A DNA stretch of 23,679 bases from a virus. Taxonomy: Duplodnaviria; Heunggongvirae; Uroviricota; Caudoviricetes. The translations under genes and the position numbers were made by a program. The notes under the pieces were generated by a model that saw nothing but the letters and a program-made list of their open reading frames with translations, was not told the origin of the DNA and made no database searches. This document shows, piece by piece, positions 1 through 9,914 of this stretch; position 1 is the stretch's first letter, and each line of letters opens with the position of its first letter. The DNA lies in the IMG/VR virus record IMGVR_UViG_2724679073_000002; one strand, 5' to 3'.

Positions 1-406
1 CAGTTACGCGGAGATAATCCCCGGAGAACGTCGAAACACGGCTGTAAGCCACACCTGCCATCGCATAAGCACTGAACCATTCATTCACGCGTACAGATGG
101 CCCCGCCATCATGCTGAACCAGCGGTTACGCACTGAATCTTCATGCCAGCGGGTATCGCTGTAATGCGTTTTTTGCTCATCTTTGGCATTGGCATAACTG
201 AATGACGTCACCAGCCCCAGCGTGTCCGTAAATTCATAACGGTATTTCACGTTAATGCCCTTCAGGTCATCACTGCCGGGAACGTATCGTCGGGTCTGAA
301 GATACCCGGCGCTTAGTGTGGACTGATGCTCTGCTGCGCTCGCTGGCGTACCAGCGGCAACCAGCCAGACTACTGCGGACAAAATAACAGCACATAATTT
401 ACGCAT
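1..406 (-). CDS. lom: Lom outer-membrane protein (Ail/Lom family), N-terminal ~135 codons; 3' end beyond window start
   Basis: ATG at 406..404 preceded by GAGAGG; translation MRKLCAVILSAVVWLVAAGTPASAAEHQSTLSAGY...VKYRYEFTDTLG...WHEDSVRNRWF has a signal peptide and matches lambda Lom as recalled; sits directly downstream of J as in lambda. Not in the ORF track because it is truncated by the window edge. Confidence 0.85.
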   Translation of the reverse strand, partial: MRKLCAVILSAVVWLVAAGTPASAAEHQSTLSAGYLQTRRYVPGSDDLKGINVKYRYEFTDTLGLVTSFSYANAKDEQKTHYSDTRWHEDSVRNRWFSMMAGPSVRVNEWFSAYAMAGVAYSRVSTFSGDYLRVT

Positions 407-430
407 AATTACCTCTCGCTTTTCTGCAAT

Positions 431-454
431 AAAAAAGGCGCCATTTCTGGCGCC
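431..454 (-). terminator. Intrinsic terminator-like hairpin between J and lom
   Basis: GGCGCC-ATTTCT-GGCGCC palindrome (437..454); on the minus strand it is followed by a T6 run (complement of A-run 431..436), about 20 nt after the J stop. Confidence 0.45.
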
Positions 455-473
455 CGTATCTGGGTTATAAAAT

Positions 474-3400
474 TCAGCTAATCGTGATGCCTGCAGTGGC
501 TTTCTTCATCACCACAACCAGCAAATCGCTGATACTTGCTGTGGGATACCAGTTATTTACCAGCCATGCTGACACCGAAAACTCCAGTGTCATGTGACCG
601 TGACCGGCAGGCATATCAATAACACCACTGTAAATCAGCGTATTATCCAGCGCGGTACGGTTATAAATTTCAGCACCGTTTTTCCGCACTATCAGACGGC
701 ATGAGGAGTAAATATCAGTATGCTCTTTCTCATGTTTAGCGCCGCTGAATGCCACCGCCGGAATAACAATCTGCCGGTCAAACGGCTGATCGTCATAAAC
801 CCTGACGGTAATGGTTCCTGATGGCCACCGCTCCGGTGCACGGGAGTCCCGGGGGAAAGCTTTGCCCACTGTTTTAACGAGATCGCCTTCAATCTGGTTC
901 GCGGACAATTTTCCCAGAACCCGACAGTTCTCGTTAATCGTGACGTTGTTGAGCGTCCCGGAGTTCGCATTCACGTTACCGCTGATATCGGCATTTTTCG
1001 CCGTCAGCCGCCCGTCCGGTGTCAGGGAAAATGCCGGAGGATTACCGCCGCTGGTAATGGTGGGAGCCGTCAGATATTTCAGGAACACTTCATTCATAAA
1101 TATCTGATCGCCCTGACCAACAAACATCGGCTTTGTGTTGCCATTCGCAGGATTAATCATCGCAATCCTGTCTGCCGCCAGCAGCACCTGACTCTGCATT
1201 CCTGCTGGCGTATTCTCAATACCGGCACCGATACCCGCAATATAAAGGCGTCCGTCCTGCATCTGCTGCAGTTTCACGGCCCACATGCTGTTCAGGTTAT
1301 TATTTGTATCAACCTGAACTTTCTGTATCTGCTGGATTGCCGCACTCTGATTTTCCAGTTTTTTATTGACGGTCTGCGTGATTTCATTGCTGACATTCGT
1401 AATGGACGTCCTGATTTCAGCCAGGTCCGGCGCAAGCTGACCGTTATCAATCTGCGTCCACAGCTCCTGGGCCAGATGTGTTTTCCCGATTTCTCCTTTG
1501 AAAAAATCCAGGTAACCTTCCGCATCATCGCTCGCCCGACCGACAGCCTCCACGAATGCCGATTTGCCAACAGTATTCACACTGCGGATATAAAAATAAT
1601 AATCATGGCCCGGTTTGATATTGATACTGGCAGCTATCCAGTACAGCGCCGAGCCAAGATAGCGGGCTGCGGTTTCAACCTGCCTGATATCCGCAATCCG
1701 CTTTTCCGAGAACCAGAACTCAAACTGTACCGTCGGGTCATAAACGGCAAGATGTGGCGTTGCGGTTATCTGAAAATAGCCCGGCGTCAGCTCAATCCGC
1801 GACGGTGCTGCCGGTGCGGCAATCCGGAAGGTGGTGGTGGCAGGTTCACCCTGCTGGCCATAGCTGTTTATCGCCCGCACCGTCAGGGTGTATTCCCCGA
1901 GCGGCAGGCCGCTGAAACGGTGCTCCGTGTCTGCGGTGATGGCGGTGGTCACCAGTCTGGCATCCGTTCCCTTACCACTGGTCAGGCGCAGACTGAAGCG
2001 CACACCCTTCACCACCCGCGGCGTGTCCCATTTCGCCTGCGCCAGATACTGGCCGTCAGCTGCGCTCACCTCCACCGTCAGGTGCTGCACTGCCGGTGGG
2101 ATGACGCTGTTCAGGGAACCTGACTGCGGCTCAAAGCGGGCACCGTTATCCACGATGGCTTCTTTTTCCGGTACGTGCTGCACCGCCGTGATGGCAAAGG
2201 TGCCGTCCGTGTTTTCCCGGATGGAGACACAGCGGAACAGGCGACGGCGCAGTGACGGCAGGGAGAGTCCCCACACCCCGTATGTCTCCACACCATCAGG
2301 CAGGGTACTGACCTGTATCCGGTCCGGCGCGGGGTGTGCGGTGATGTCCACACTCACCGGCTTACCGCTGCCGTTAATCAGGTTCACCGCCGATGTACCT
2401 GTCTCCGGCAGGGTAACCTCACGGTCCAGCGTCAGGGTGCGGGTGGCAGCATCAATGGACAGGACACGTCCGCCGGTCAGGGTCCCGGCATAGTCATTAT
2501 CACAGATTTCAATAATGTCACCGGGTGTGTGCCGCAGCCCCTGAGACCCGAGCGTGAAATCCACCGTCTGCGTTTCCAGCAGTTCGGTCTTTATCACCCA
2601 CAGTCCGGCACGGTGGGCCTGACCGCGGCTGGTACAGCCGAACGCGTCCATCTTCAGCAGGTTGCGTCCGTAGCGCAGTATGGCTTCCGGGTCTTCCACC
2701 AGTTCCGTGGAGGTCTGCCAGCCGTTCTGCGGGTCGGTGTAATTCACCTCCACCGCCGTGTGCCGGTCCTTCAGGGCACTGAAGCTGTAGCGGAATCCCA
2801 CGCCGTTATCATCCACCACCACATCGCTGTTGGTGTACGGCCACACCACATCCGACGGGCGGTCCTGAACGAACGTCAGCGTCTGACCGTTCCATACCGG
2901 CATACAGCGCATCGCAGAGCAGAAATCACTGAGAACGTCCCACGCCTTACGCTGTTGTGCCAGGTACGCATTAAAGGTCATCCGCGGCTCGGTCCCCCCG
3001 AAACCATCCGGGACCGTCTGGTCGCAGTACTGCCCGATGGCATACAGCGCCCACTTGTCCACATCCGCCGCCCCCAGACGTTTTCCCATGCCGTAGCGCG
3101 GGTGAGTCAGCATGTCCCACAGACACCAGGCCGGGTTGTTGCTGTATGCCGGTTTCAGACTGCCGTCCCAGATACCACTATACGTGCGTTTTTCCGGGTC
3201 ATAGTTTGACGGCACCTGGATGATGCGACCGCGGATATGGTAGTTCACCGTCATCTGCTGGCCGCCGAACTGCTCCGCATCCACCTGCAGCCCCACAATG
3301 GCCGTGTTCGGGTAGCACTGTTTCACATCGATGATTTCGGTGTATGACGACCACAGCGTCTTATTCTGCAGCTGGTCCGTGGTGCTGTCCGCCGTCTCCC

Positions 3401-3947
3401 TGACCATCCGGATGTTAAAGGGCCGGGGAGGCAGATTATCCAGAATCACCGAGGCCAGGAACTGTGAGGTGGTCTTGCCGTTAATGGTGACGTCCTTTTC
3501 TGTCACCCAGTTACCGTTACGCTGTAACTGAATCAGCAGGCGGACGGATGCCGGGTTACGGTCACCCTTTGAGGTGGTCTCCACCAGTGACTGCACCCCG
3601 AAGGTAACCCGCAGGCGGTCAATGTTCGCGGACGTAATGGTGCGCGTCACCGGTTTTGCCTTCGTCACTTCCACGCCCAGTCCGGTTTCAGCTCCGGAGG
3701 ACTCAAAGCCTTCCGGTGGTGTCTGCTCCTGCTCCCCGGCGCGCCAGACCGCCGTCACACCGTGTATCACGGGATTGCCGTCCGTGTCCGTCAGTGGGGT
3801 TTTGTTCACCAGAATACTCTGCAGTCCCTTCACCGGACCTTCTATCGGTCCCTCACCAATCGCATCAATCACGCTCATCATCTGCGTGGATTTGAGATTA
3901 TCCTTCGCCTCACGAGGCGTGTGTGCCTTACCGCCACCTTTTCCCAT
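474..3947 (-). CDS. J: Tail tip / host specificity protein J (central tail fibre), 1157 aa
   Basis: Full-length collinear similarity to lambda gpJ as recalled ([22 protein letters not shown]..., [116 protein letters not shown]); GGAAGG SD before the ATG. Confidence 0.95.
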   Translation of the reverse strand: MGKGGGKAHTPREAKDNLKSTQMMSVIDAIGEGPIEGPVKGLQSILVNKTPLTDTDGNPVIHGVTAVWRAGEQEQTPPEGFESSGAETGLGVEVTKAKPVTRTITSANIDRLRVTFGVQSLVETTSKGDRNPASVRLLIQLQRNGNWVTEKDVTINGKTTSQFLASVILDNLPPRPFNIRMVRETADSTTDQLQNKTLWSSYTEIIDVKQCYPNTAIVGLQVDAEQFGGQQMTVNYHIRGRIIQVPSNYDPEKRTYSGIWDGSLKPAYSNNPAWCLWDMLTHPRYGMGKRLGAADVDKWALYAIGQYCDQTVPDGFGGTEPRMTFNAYLAQQRKAWDVLSDFCSAMRCMPVWNGQTLTFVQDRPSDVVWPYTNSDVVVDDNGVGFRYSFSALKDRHTAVEVNYTDPQNGWQTSTELVEDPEAILRYGRNLLKMDAFGCTSRGQAHRAGLWVIKTELLETQTVDFTLGSQGLRHTPGDIIEICDNDYAGTLTGGRVLSIDAATRTLTLDREVTLPETGTSAVNLINGSGKPVSVDITAHPAPDRIQVSTLPDGVETYGVWGLSLPSLRRRLFRCVSIRENTDGTFAITAVQHVPEKEAIVDNGARFEPQSGSLNSVIPPAVQHLTVEVSAADGQYLAQAKWDTPRVVKGVRFSLRLTSGKGTDARLVTTAITADTEHRFSGLPLGEYTLTVRAINSYGQQGEPATTTFRIAAPAAPSRIELTPGYFQITATPHLAVYDPTVQFEFWFSEKRIADIRQVETAARYLGSALYWIAASINIKPGHDYYFYIRSVNTVGKSAFVEAVGRASDDAEGYLDFFKGEIGKTHLAQELWTQIDNGQLAPDLAEIRTSITNVSNEITQTVNKKLENQSAAIQQIQKVQVDTNNNLNSMWAVKLQQMQDGRLYIAGIGAGIENTPAGMQSQVLLAADRIAMINPANGNTKPMFVGQGDQIFMNEVFLKYLTAPTITSGGNPPAFSLTPDGRLTAKNADISGNVNANSGTLNNVTINENCRVLGKLSANQIEGDLVKTVGKAFPRDSRAPERWPSGTITVRVYDDQPFDRQIVIPAVAFSGAKHEKEHTDIYSSCRLIVRKNGAEIYNRTALDNTLIYSGVIDMPAGHGHMTLEFSVSAWLVNNWYPTASISDLLVVVMKKATAGITIS

Positions 3948-4051
3948 ACAGCCTTCCCCTGAATAAATTAACCGCCACTTGCCATTCCGTACAGAAGTCG
4001 GATATCCTTCGCCCGAAAAGCATGAAACACATTTCTGCCATGCTAAAGAGA

Positions 4052-4086
4052 AACCCCGGTATCAGCAGATACCGGGGTTTTCTTTC
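4052..4086. terminator. Perfect 11-bp stem hairpin with T-rich flanks on both strands (bidirectional terminator-like)
   Basis: AACCCCGGTAT (4052..4062) pairs with ATACCGGGGTT (4069..4079); followed by TTTTCTTTC on plus and by TTCTCTTTAG on minus. Confidence 0.4.
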
Positions 4087-4152
4087 ATGCCCACCGATAA
4101 TCCTGTTGGTTAAAACCGGTAATGGCATAAAAATTCTGAATATCTTCACATT

Positions 4153-4180
4153 TTCACACACTGACTGTGGCGCTTATAAT
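4153..4180 (+). promoter_or_regulatory. Candidate sigma70 promoter (-35 TTCACA, 16-bp spacer, -10 TATAAT)
   Basis: TTCACA at 4153..4158 and consensus TATAAT at 4175..4180, reading toward the plus-strand terminator at 4252..4284. Confidence 0.35.
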
Positions 4181-4186
4181 TTCGCT

Positions 4187-4284
4187 GCGTTAGTGTTTTT
4201 TTGCCCGAGTAACAAAAACAACTCCTTAACATTGATCTTCATTTGTCTGTCCCCGCAGCTCCGCGATCACTGCGGGATTTTTTT
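4187..4284 (+). ncRNA. Candidate small RNA (~100 nt) in the I-J intergenic insertion
   Basis: Bounded by the candidate promoter and a strong intrinsic terminator; no ATG in 4187..4250 on the plus strand; contains CA-rich tract GTAACAAAAACAAC. Prediction only. Confidence 0.3.
4252..4284 (+). terminator. Rho-independent terminator (plus strand)
   Basis: Stem CCCGCAG (4252..4258) / CTGCGGG (4270..4276) followed by T7 (4278..4284); the minus-strand flank is not T-rich, so it is plus-specific. It ends 5 nt before the convergent I stop codon. Confidence 0.6.
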
Positions 4285-4289
4285 ATGTT

Positions 4290-4970
4290 TTATCCCTGTC
4301 GCCCGATAACCACGACCGTTCCGCCCCCGCCTTCATCACGGGTGCTGATGTCCTGGGATATACGGCGGGAGCCAACCAGCATTTCCCCGTAAGGCACCGG
4401 CATCGGGTTCCCCTGGGCAATCATGTTATCCAGCGAGGAAAAGTACGTGTTCTGTCTGCCGTTATCCGTTGCGCGGTAATCCGGTGTTTTTGCCTTCGGG
4501 GCCAGCATCTGGGCCACACCGCCCAGAATCATGCTGGCTCCAAGTGAAAACAGCATCGTGGTGGCAGAAAAACCACCGGCTGCCAGGGCTGAACCCCATA
4601 ACGCCATTGATGCCCCGGCAGTGAAGAAAGAGCCCACGATGGCTGCCGCCCCCAGCACAATCTGCAGTCCACCCTTTCCGGCCCCGGCCAGTCGCGGCAC
4701 AATATGGATGACCGTTCCCTCACCCAGCTGTTCGTGAAGACGGGCGTACACCGCCTCCGGTGCCGTGTCATAACCGGCAATACGTATCTGGTACCAGCCT
4801 TCGTTCATCTGACGGCGAAAGCCCGGCACCTGTAACGACAGCGCCCGGATGGCTTCCGCTGCCGTGTTCACATACAGGCTGAGGCGGCGGCCAAATCGTT
4901 GTAAATCCCCGTGAAGGCAGATGCGTGCCAGTGGCGGTGACGCCAGACAGAATGCGTTCGTCGTTGCCAT
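4290..4970 (-). CDS. I: Tail assembly protein I, 226 aa
   Basis: ARICLHGDLQRFGRRL...YQIRIAGYD...VIHIVPRLAGAGKGG...FSLGASMILGGVAQMLAPKAKTP...QNTYFSSLDNMIAQGNPMPVPYGEM matches lambda gpI as recalled; position between K and J. Confidence 0.9.
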   Translation of the reverse strand: MATTNAFCLASPPLARICLHGDLQRFGRRLSLYVNTAAEAIRALSLQVPGFRRQMNEGWYQIRIAGYDTAPEAVYARLHEQLGEGTVIHIVPRLAGAGKGGLQIVLGAAAIVGSFFTAGASMALWGSALAAGGFSATTMLFSLGASMILGGVAQMLAPKAKTPDYRATDNGRQNTYFSSLDNMIAQGNPMPVPYGEMLVGSRRISQDISTRDEGGGGTVVVIGRQG

Positions 4971-5611
4971 TTTTCGGAATACCTCTCCCGTTTACTCAGT
5001 TGTTCAGGCAGATGGTGAAGCAGCTCACCGTTGCCGCAGTAAATGGCGGCATGGTTCGGTACCGAAGCACCAAAGCAGCACAGCAGAATATCGCCCGCCT
5101 GTGCAGAGGACAGGGGCACCCGGTAAAAGCCGGTGACCGCCATATTGTCCAGGTAAAGGTTCTGACCGTTGCGCCACCAGTCATCCTCGCGATGAAAATC
5201 CGGCATTTCAGTCCCCGCCAGATGATAAGCATCCCGGAACAGCGTGTAACAGTCCGTCACCCCGTGCTCAAAGCGCCGTCCTGTCAGATGTGGCACACAG
5301 CGGAATTTGTGAATGTCACCCCGGCAGACCAGCCACCAGGGCAGTGCGCTTTTTATCTGCAGCCGCCGGTCAGCCTCGCTCAGCCAGGGCAGCCCACCGG
5401 GATGACTGTGGACCAGTGCCACAATCTCCCCCTGCATCTCTGCCCGCAGCCAGTCTTCCGGTGCGATACGAAAATACGCCTCCGGCTCTGCAGAAATATT
5501 CACACAAGGGATATACCACTCCCCCTCCGACGTGCTTATCACGAAGCCGCACGACTCCGCAGGCGCACACCGCCGGGCATGCGCCAGAATCGCTGATTCA
5601 GTCTGTGTCAT
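4868..5611 (-). CDS. K: Tail tip assembly protein K (MPN/JAMM plus NlpC/P60-like), 247 aa
   Basis: Start chosen at MTQTESAILAHARRC (ATG 5611..5609), 10 nt after the L stop; the track ORF extends to 5872 but that part overlaps L. JAMM motif HSHPGGLPWLSEAD (H-x-H-x7-S-x2-D); 103-bp overlap with I, as I recall for lambda K/I. Confidence 0.85.
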   Translation of the reverse strand: MTQTESAILAHARRCAPAESCGFVISTSEGEWYIPCVNISAEPEAYFRIAPEDWLRAEMQGEIVALVHSHPGGLPWLSEADRRLQIKSALPWWLVCRGDIHKFRCVPHLTGRRFEHGVTDCYTLFRDAYHLAGTEMPDFHREDDWWRNGQNLYLDNMAVTGFYRVPLSSAQAGDILLCCFGASVPNHAAIYCGNGELLHHLPEQLSKRERYSEKWQRRTHSVWRHRHWHASAFTGIYNDLAAASACM

Positions 5612-5621
5612 AAACCGGGAT

Positions 5622-6320
5622 TTACTGCGAAAGTTTATTAATGGAAAGGAAACCGCCAAAATTGCCGACATTCCTGCGCAGTTCACACCCGCGCATGCAC
5701 TTGCTGCATCTGTCCTTACGGATATCCGTGGTGGGGTTGTCGAACTCATCCGCCACCGCAGGACCGTTATACCCGCATTCATCTCCCCGGTAATCCCACA
5801 TACAGGTGTTCGCCAGCATGATGCGACCGGGAAACAGCGCCCCATCCGTCTCGGTCGGTGTAGCCAGCACAAACGAGGCCGTCATGGCTGTCAGCTGCGA
5901 CATCTGCTCCACCACCCAGCGGTCACTCAGCTCCTGCTCCGGGTCCGCCTCCGGATTGCCCGCAACGAAATTCACCGCATCCAGAAAACGGGCATACACC
6001 CGGCGGCGGACCACCGTGGCCCCCACCAGACTCTGCAGGTCTTCCGCCATCCCGGTGACCAGACCGAACAGATTGGACACCGTCAGCGACGGTCTGGCAC
6101 TGCTGCCCTTCCCGCTCATCTCAAAACCGCTGCCGTCAATCGGGTATGCCTGATATTGCCGCCCCTGCCAGGTGACCGGCTCCCCTTTTTCATTCAGCTC
6201 ATTACAGAAAAAATACCGCTCACCGCCCTGTACCGTCAGGTCGATTTCCCAGAGTACCACCCGCGGTGACTGCTCTGACTTAACCGACTCGTTCAGACTT
6301 TCTTCGCGAATATCCTGCAT
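5622..6320 (-). CDS. L: Minor tail protein L, 232 aa
   Basis: Same length as lambda gpL; C-terminal Cys cluster (CGYNG...CSKCMRGC) consistent with the known Fe-S site; position between M and K. Confidence 0.9.
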   Translation of the reverse strand: MQDIREESLNESVKSEQSPRVVLWEIDLTVQGGERYFFCNELNEKGEPVTWQGRQYQAYPIDGSGFEMSGKGSSARPSLTVSNLFGLVTGMAEDLQSLVGATVVRRRVYARFLDAVNFVAGNPEADPEQELSDRWVVEQMSQLTAMTASFVLATPTETDGALFPGRIMLANTCMWDYRGDECGYNGPAVADEFDNPTTDIRKDRCSKCMRGCELRRNVGNFGGFLSINKLSQ

Positions 6321-6661
6321 CAGTTCACCACCTGCTCAATCGTACAACTGAAATCACTGTGCCTGGCGTTATCTGTGACGCTCCACTCCCGGCACACCAC
6401 CCTCACCGTCAGGTTATGTTTCGGCGGTCGCCACAAAAAGGCACGGTAACCACCATGCCACGATAAAAATTCATCCAGCCAGCGCCGGGTTGGTTCATCC
6501 GTCACCCGGAACACCGCCTGAAACGTCTTCAGTCTGGCATTAAGTCCCGTCGGTCGGCGCTGTTCATAACCGTCACCAAACCGAACCCTCACCACCGACG
6601 GTTTCTCACTCACCTGCATCCCTTCACGCGGGACCAGATGCAGCGTTTTTATCTCAGCCAC
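6320..6661 (-). CDS. M: Minor tail protein M, 113 aa
   Basis: VRFGDGYEQRRPTGLNARLKTF...FLWRPP...TIEQVVN resembles lambda gpM; overlaps H stop and L start. Confidence 0.85.
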   Translation of the reverse strand: MAEIKTLHLVPREGMQVSEKPSVVRVRFGDGYEQRRPTGLNARLKTFQAVFRVTDEPTRRWLDEFLSWHGGYRAFLWRPPKHNLTVRVVCREWSVTDNARHSDFSCTIEQVVN

Positions 6662-9600
6662 TCAGCATTCCTCCGTCACGTCGCATGGACAGCATCACCG
6701 CCTGCACCCGCTGGTCAATCAGCTGCACAAGACTGCCTGCCGCCTCCGCCCCTATCTGTCCGTTAGCCCCGTCATTCTGAATGGCGATGTGGTAGACCGG
6801 GGAATACACCAGACCGGCACTGCCGTTCATACTGCCCACCGCGCGTACGCCCAGCGAGCCATCCGCCGCCCGGGTCAGGGGCATAATGGCTTCAGGTCCG
6901 GCTTCCCCCATCAGCCCGGCCCCTTTTGCAAACGCAAAGTACGTGGGCGTGTCCACAATGCTGTTGCTGTACGCACTCAGGTTTGCCGAGGTATACACGC
7001 CGCCTTTTGCATTGGCCACCGCACCGCCCAGCCAGTCACCAATGCTGCCAATAAATCCTCCCGCACCGGACATACCGTTTGCCGCCGTCTTAATTCCGTT
7101 GACAATCGCAGCATTCATAAGAACTTTTGAGATTTCCTGCAGTACGGATGAGGCCCAGTTGCGCCATTCCACTTTGTTTCCGTTCAGCATCTCCGTGATG
7201 TTATTCACCATCCCTGAGATACCCTCCGTCGCAAGCTGTGCTGCCTGTGAGGCGTAATCGGATGCATTGTCCACCCAGTTACTGAGCCCCTCCTGCAAGC
7301 CTTTCTGCCAGTCCGCACGCTGCGCATCCGATTCGGCATAAAAGGCTGCCTGGTCCTTAAGGCGTTCGCTCAGATACTGCGCGTTCTGTGCCCGTGCCTG
7401 TCTGTAAAAATCCTCACTGATATCCCCGGTCTGATACTGAGACTGAAGGTCCGCATCCTTCTGGCGGAAGCTGTCACGGATCTGCTGCAACTCCCGCATG
7501 CGTTCCCTGGCTCGTTCTCCCTGCCCGTATCCCAGCAGTTCGGCTTCATTTGATGCACGCGCAGCCACATTATCATTCTTCAGGGTCTCTTCCCGGGATC
7601 GCAACTGTTCCCGGATTTTTTGCTGGTCAATCAGGGCCGCGTTACGCAGCAGTTCCTGCTTCTGCATCTCCGTCAGGGTTTTCAGTTCGCCCTGCGCAGT
7701 CTGGTACTTCAGCTTCGCCAGCTCTGTATTCTGACCCGCCAGTGCCAGTTGCTCTTTCTGCTGCTTCAGTAGCCGGGAAAAACTGTCTTCCGCTTTTTCC
7801 GTCTCTGATTTTCCACCCCGGGATTTAGGTTTGTTCGCCTCGTTATTACGCCAGGCTTCCAGAGCATTACTGATATAACGCTGTCTCGCCTCCTGATACG
7901 AATCCCCCACAAAACCAAGGTCATCCGCCGCATACCCCAGCCGGGCACGCTCTTTTTCCTCCCCCTTCAGTCGGGACAGGGCCAGCTCACGTTCTGTTTT
8001 TGTCAGGGCGCTCTGCTGTTTATCATCCAGGGTGGCCTGCGGCAGCCGTAACGGTACATTCACCAGTCCCTGACGCTGCTGAAGCAGTTCATTCCCCAGC
8101 CCCAGCAGACGGTTGAATTCCGTATGCTGACCGTTCATAACCAGCATGGACTGGTACACCTTATTCTGCTCTGCCGCCTGCTGACGAATTAACGCCACAC
8201 GACGGTCTTCCAGCCCGGCAAGCACATCCTGAATGGACTGCGCTTTTTCCTGCATCTGTGCCAGACGGGACTGCTCAACGGCAAGCTGCTCTGTTGCCTG
8301 AGAAAGCCCTTCCGTCACGGTCTTCACCGATGTCAGATGGTTTATCATGAATCCGTCACCGGTTGTCCAGCCAGGGTTAGCCAGAACATACTGATATCCA
8401 GCGATTTTTTCCTGCAGGGATTTCACCCGGCTGGCCTGTTCATCAATCAGCCGGTTCTGCTCTGCCAGCGCCGCCCGTGTTCGTCCTTCATTATCTGAGG
8501 CTTCAGGCAAAGACATTGACGGCGTTTTATGCGCGATTTCATCTATCGTCAGTGCATACTGGCGCGCTGACTCCCTGGCCTGCTCCTGATTCTGGTACAG
8601 CGTATACCATGCTGCTGCCCCCAGCATCACCAGTCCGGGTACGCCACCAACCAGTCCCAACGCACCAGTCATCAGACGTGAGCCCACCGCCGTTGTACTG
8701 TTCAGCTCATTCTGGGCTGCGGTTCTGGCAGCAATATTTCTGTTCAGGCGTTCCTGTGTGGCCGCCAGACGGGCTTCTGCAGCAATCTGCATCTCCGTCC
8801 CGCGGGCTGCCGCCACAGCCTGCTGTGCACGGTACACGGCTGCCCTTGCCCGCGCCGTGGCAATCTGCGTCCCCCTGAGCTGTGCTTCCGCCAGTGCCAC
8901 TTCATTACGTGCTGCCGTCACAAGTCCTGCCGTGGCAGACACCGCTCCGGAGGCCATATTGCCAAAGTACCGGGCAACCCCGACGGCAACCAGCGCCCCC
9001 GCGGCTGTTGCCACATTATCAATATTACCGGCAACACCGTTCAGCACGCCGGAGAGCGTTTTCGTCGCTCCGCTGGCTTCATTCGCGCCACCCACCCAGG
9101 CCATAAAGGCGTTTTCCACCTTTGTGATCCCGTCAGAGACCGTTTCCGGCATGGCGGCATATTCATCACGCAATACCCCCAGCTGGCTGATTAACGCAGG
9201 AACGACTTTATCCGCCGTCAGTTTGCCGTCGTCCGCCATCGCCTTAAGGTCTTTACGGGCCACGCCCATACCCGCAGCCAGTGCACGTACGATCCGGTCT
9301 CCGCTTTCATTGACCGAATTAAATTCCTCACCGCGTAACACACCCTGTGCCAGCGCCTGGCTGAACTGGGTGATCACCGAGCCCGCCTCTGCCGTACTGG
9401 CACCGGAGATTTTCAGCCCCGTGGAAATGGCCTCCGTCACCTTCAGCACATCATCAGCACTGTAACCATATTCACGCATTGAGGCTGCCGAGCGGGCAAA
9501 CAGGGCCGCATTATCTGAAAATGCCGTGCCCGTCCGCTGGCTGATATCCATCAGCACTTTCTGTGATGACGAAAATTCATCGGATGACTGCGACGCCTGT

Positions 9601-9896
9601 TTCAGTCGGGCATTCACGGAACTCCATTCATCGGCCAGAGAAATCAGGTGTCCGGTGGCAAAGGCACCTGCAAATGCCCCCGCCGTTCCGGCAGCTGAAG
9701 CGCGGATTTCCGTCAACTGGCTGTTCAGCTCAGCCAGGGCGCGTCGCTGCACCCGGGCGACTGCGGCAGCCTGACGCCCGCCATTCTGCAGGGTCCGGTA
9801 ATATTCACTGCCCATGCGGGAAGCCCGCTGGATCTCCGACTGGAATGACTGCGAATTTGCCGAAATTTTGATAATCAGTTCACGTAACGTCGCCAT
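6654..9896 (-). CDS. H: Tail tape measure protein H, 1080 aa
   Basis: Very long Ala/Gln-rich coiled-coil protein between the G/G-T chaperones and M; hydrophobic Gly-rich segment (MTGALGLVGGVPGLVMLGAAAWY) typical of tape measure proteins. Confidence 0.9.
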   Translation of the reverse strand: MATLRELIIKISANSQSFQSEIQRASRMGSEYYRTLQNGGRQAAAVARVQRRALAELNSQLTEIRASAAGTAGAFAGAFATGHLISLADEWSSVNARLKQASQSSDEFSSSQKVLMDISQRTGTAFSDNAALFARSAASMREYGYSADDVLKVTEAISTGLKISGASTAEAGSVITQFSQALAQGVLRGEEFNSVNESGDRIVRALAAGMGVARKDLKAMADDGKLTADKVVPALISQLGVLRDEYAAMPETVSDGITKVENAFMAWVGGANEASGATKTLSGVLNGVAGNIDNVATAAGALVAVGVARYFGNMASGAVSATAGLVTAARNEVALAEAQLRGTQIATARARAAVYRAQQAVAAARGTEMQIAAEARLAATQERLNRNIAARTAAQNELNSTTAVGSRLMTGALGLVGGVPGLVMLGAAAWYTLYQNQEQARESARQYALTIDEIAHKTPSMSLPEASDNEGRTRAALAEQNRLIDEQASRVKSLQEKIAGYQYVLANPGWTTGDGFMINHLTSVKTVTEGLSQATEQLAVEQSRLAQMQEKAQSIQDVLAGLEDRRVALIRQQAAEQNKVYQSMLVMNGQHTEFNRLLGLGNELLQQRQGLVNVPLRLPQATLDDKQQSALTKTERELALSRLKGEEKERARLGYAADDLGFVGDSYQEARQRYISNALEAWRNNEANKPKSRGGKSETEKAEDSFSRLLKQQKEQLALAGQNTELAKLKYQTAQGELKTLTEMQKQELLRNAALIDQQKIREQLRSREETLKNDNVAARASNEAELLGYGQGERARERMRELQQIRDSFRQKDADLQSQYQTGDISEDFYRQARAQNAQYLSERLKDQAAFYAESDAQRADWQKGLQEGLSNWVDNASDYASQAAQLATEGISGMVNNITEMLNGNKVEWRNWASSVLQEISKVLMNAAIVNGIKTAANGMSGAGGFIGSIGDWLGGAVANAKGGVYTSANLSAYSNSIVDTPTYFAFAKGAGLMGEAGPEAIMPLTRAADGSLGVRAVGSMNGSAGLVYSPVYHIAIQNDGANGQIGAEAAGSLVQLIDQRVQAVMLSMRRDGGMLSG

Positions 9897-9914
9897 TCAC
9901 CTTTCTCCGGGCGT

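Noticed and set aside
2334-3209. Long plus-strand ORFs antisense to J, H, portal and capsid genes (e.g. 1476..2123, 2334..3209, 8758..9465, 12945..13856, 16075..16968)
   Set aside because: They lie entirely inside well-supported minus-strand genes, have Arg/His/Pro-rich low-complexity translations and no SD; these are typical antisense artefacts of GC-rich coding DNA.
3923-4309. 128-aa plus-strand ORF spanning the I-J intergenic region
   Set aside because: It runs straight through two strong hairpins and the promoter-like element and overlaps both the J start and I stop; the region reads as regulatory or noncoding.
4868-5872. Full 334-aa track ORF as the K gene
   Set aside because: The first 87 codons overlap the 3' end of L in another frame; homology to K begins at MTQTESA, so the start was set at 5611.
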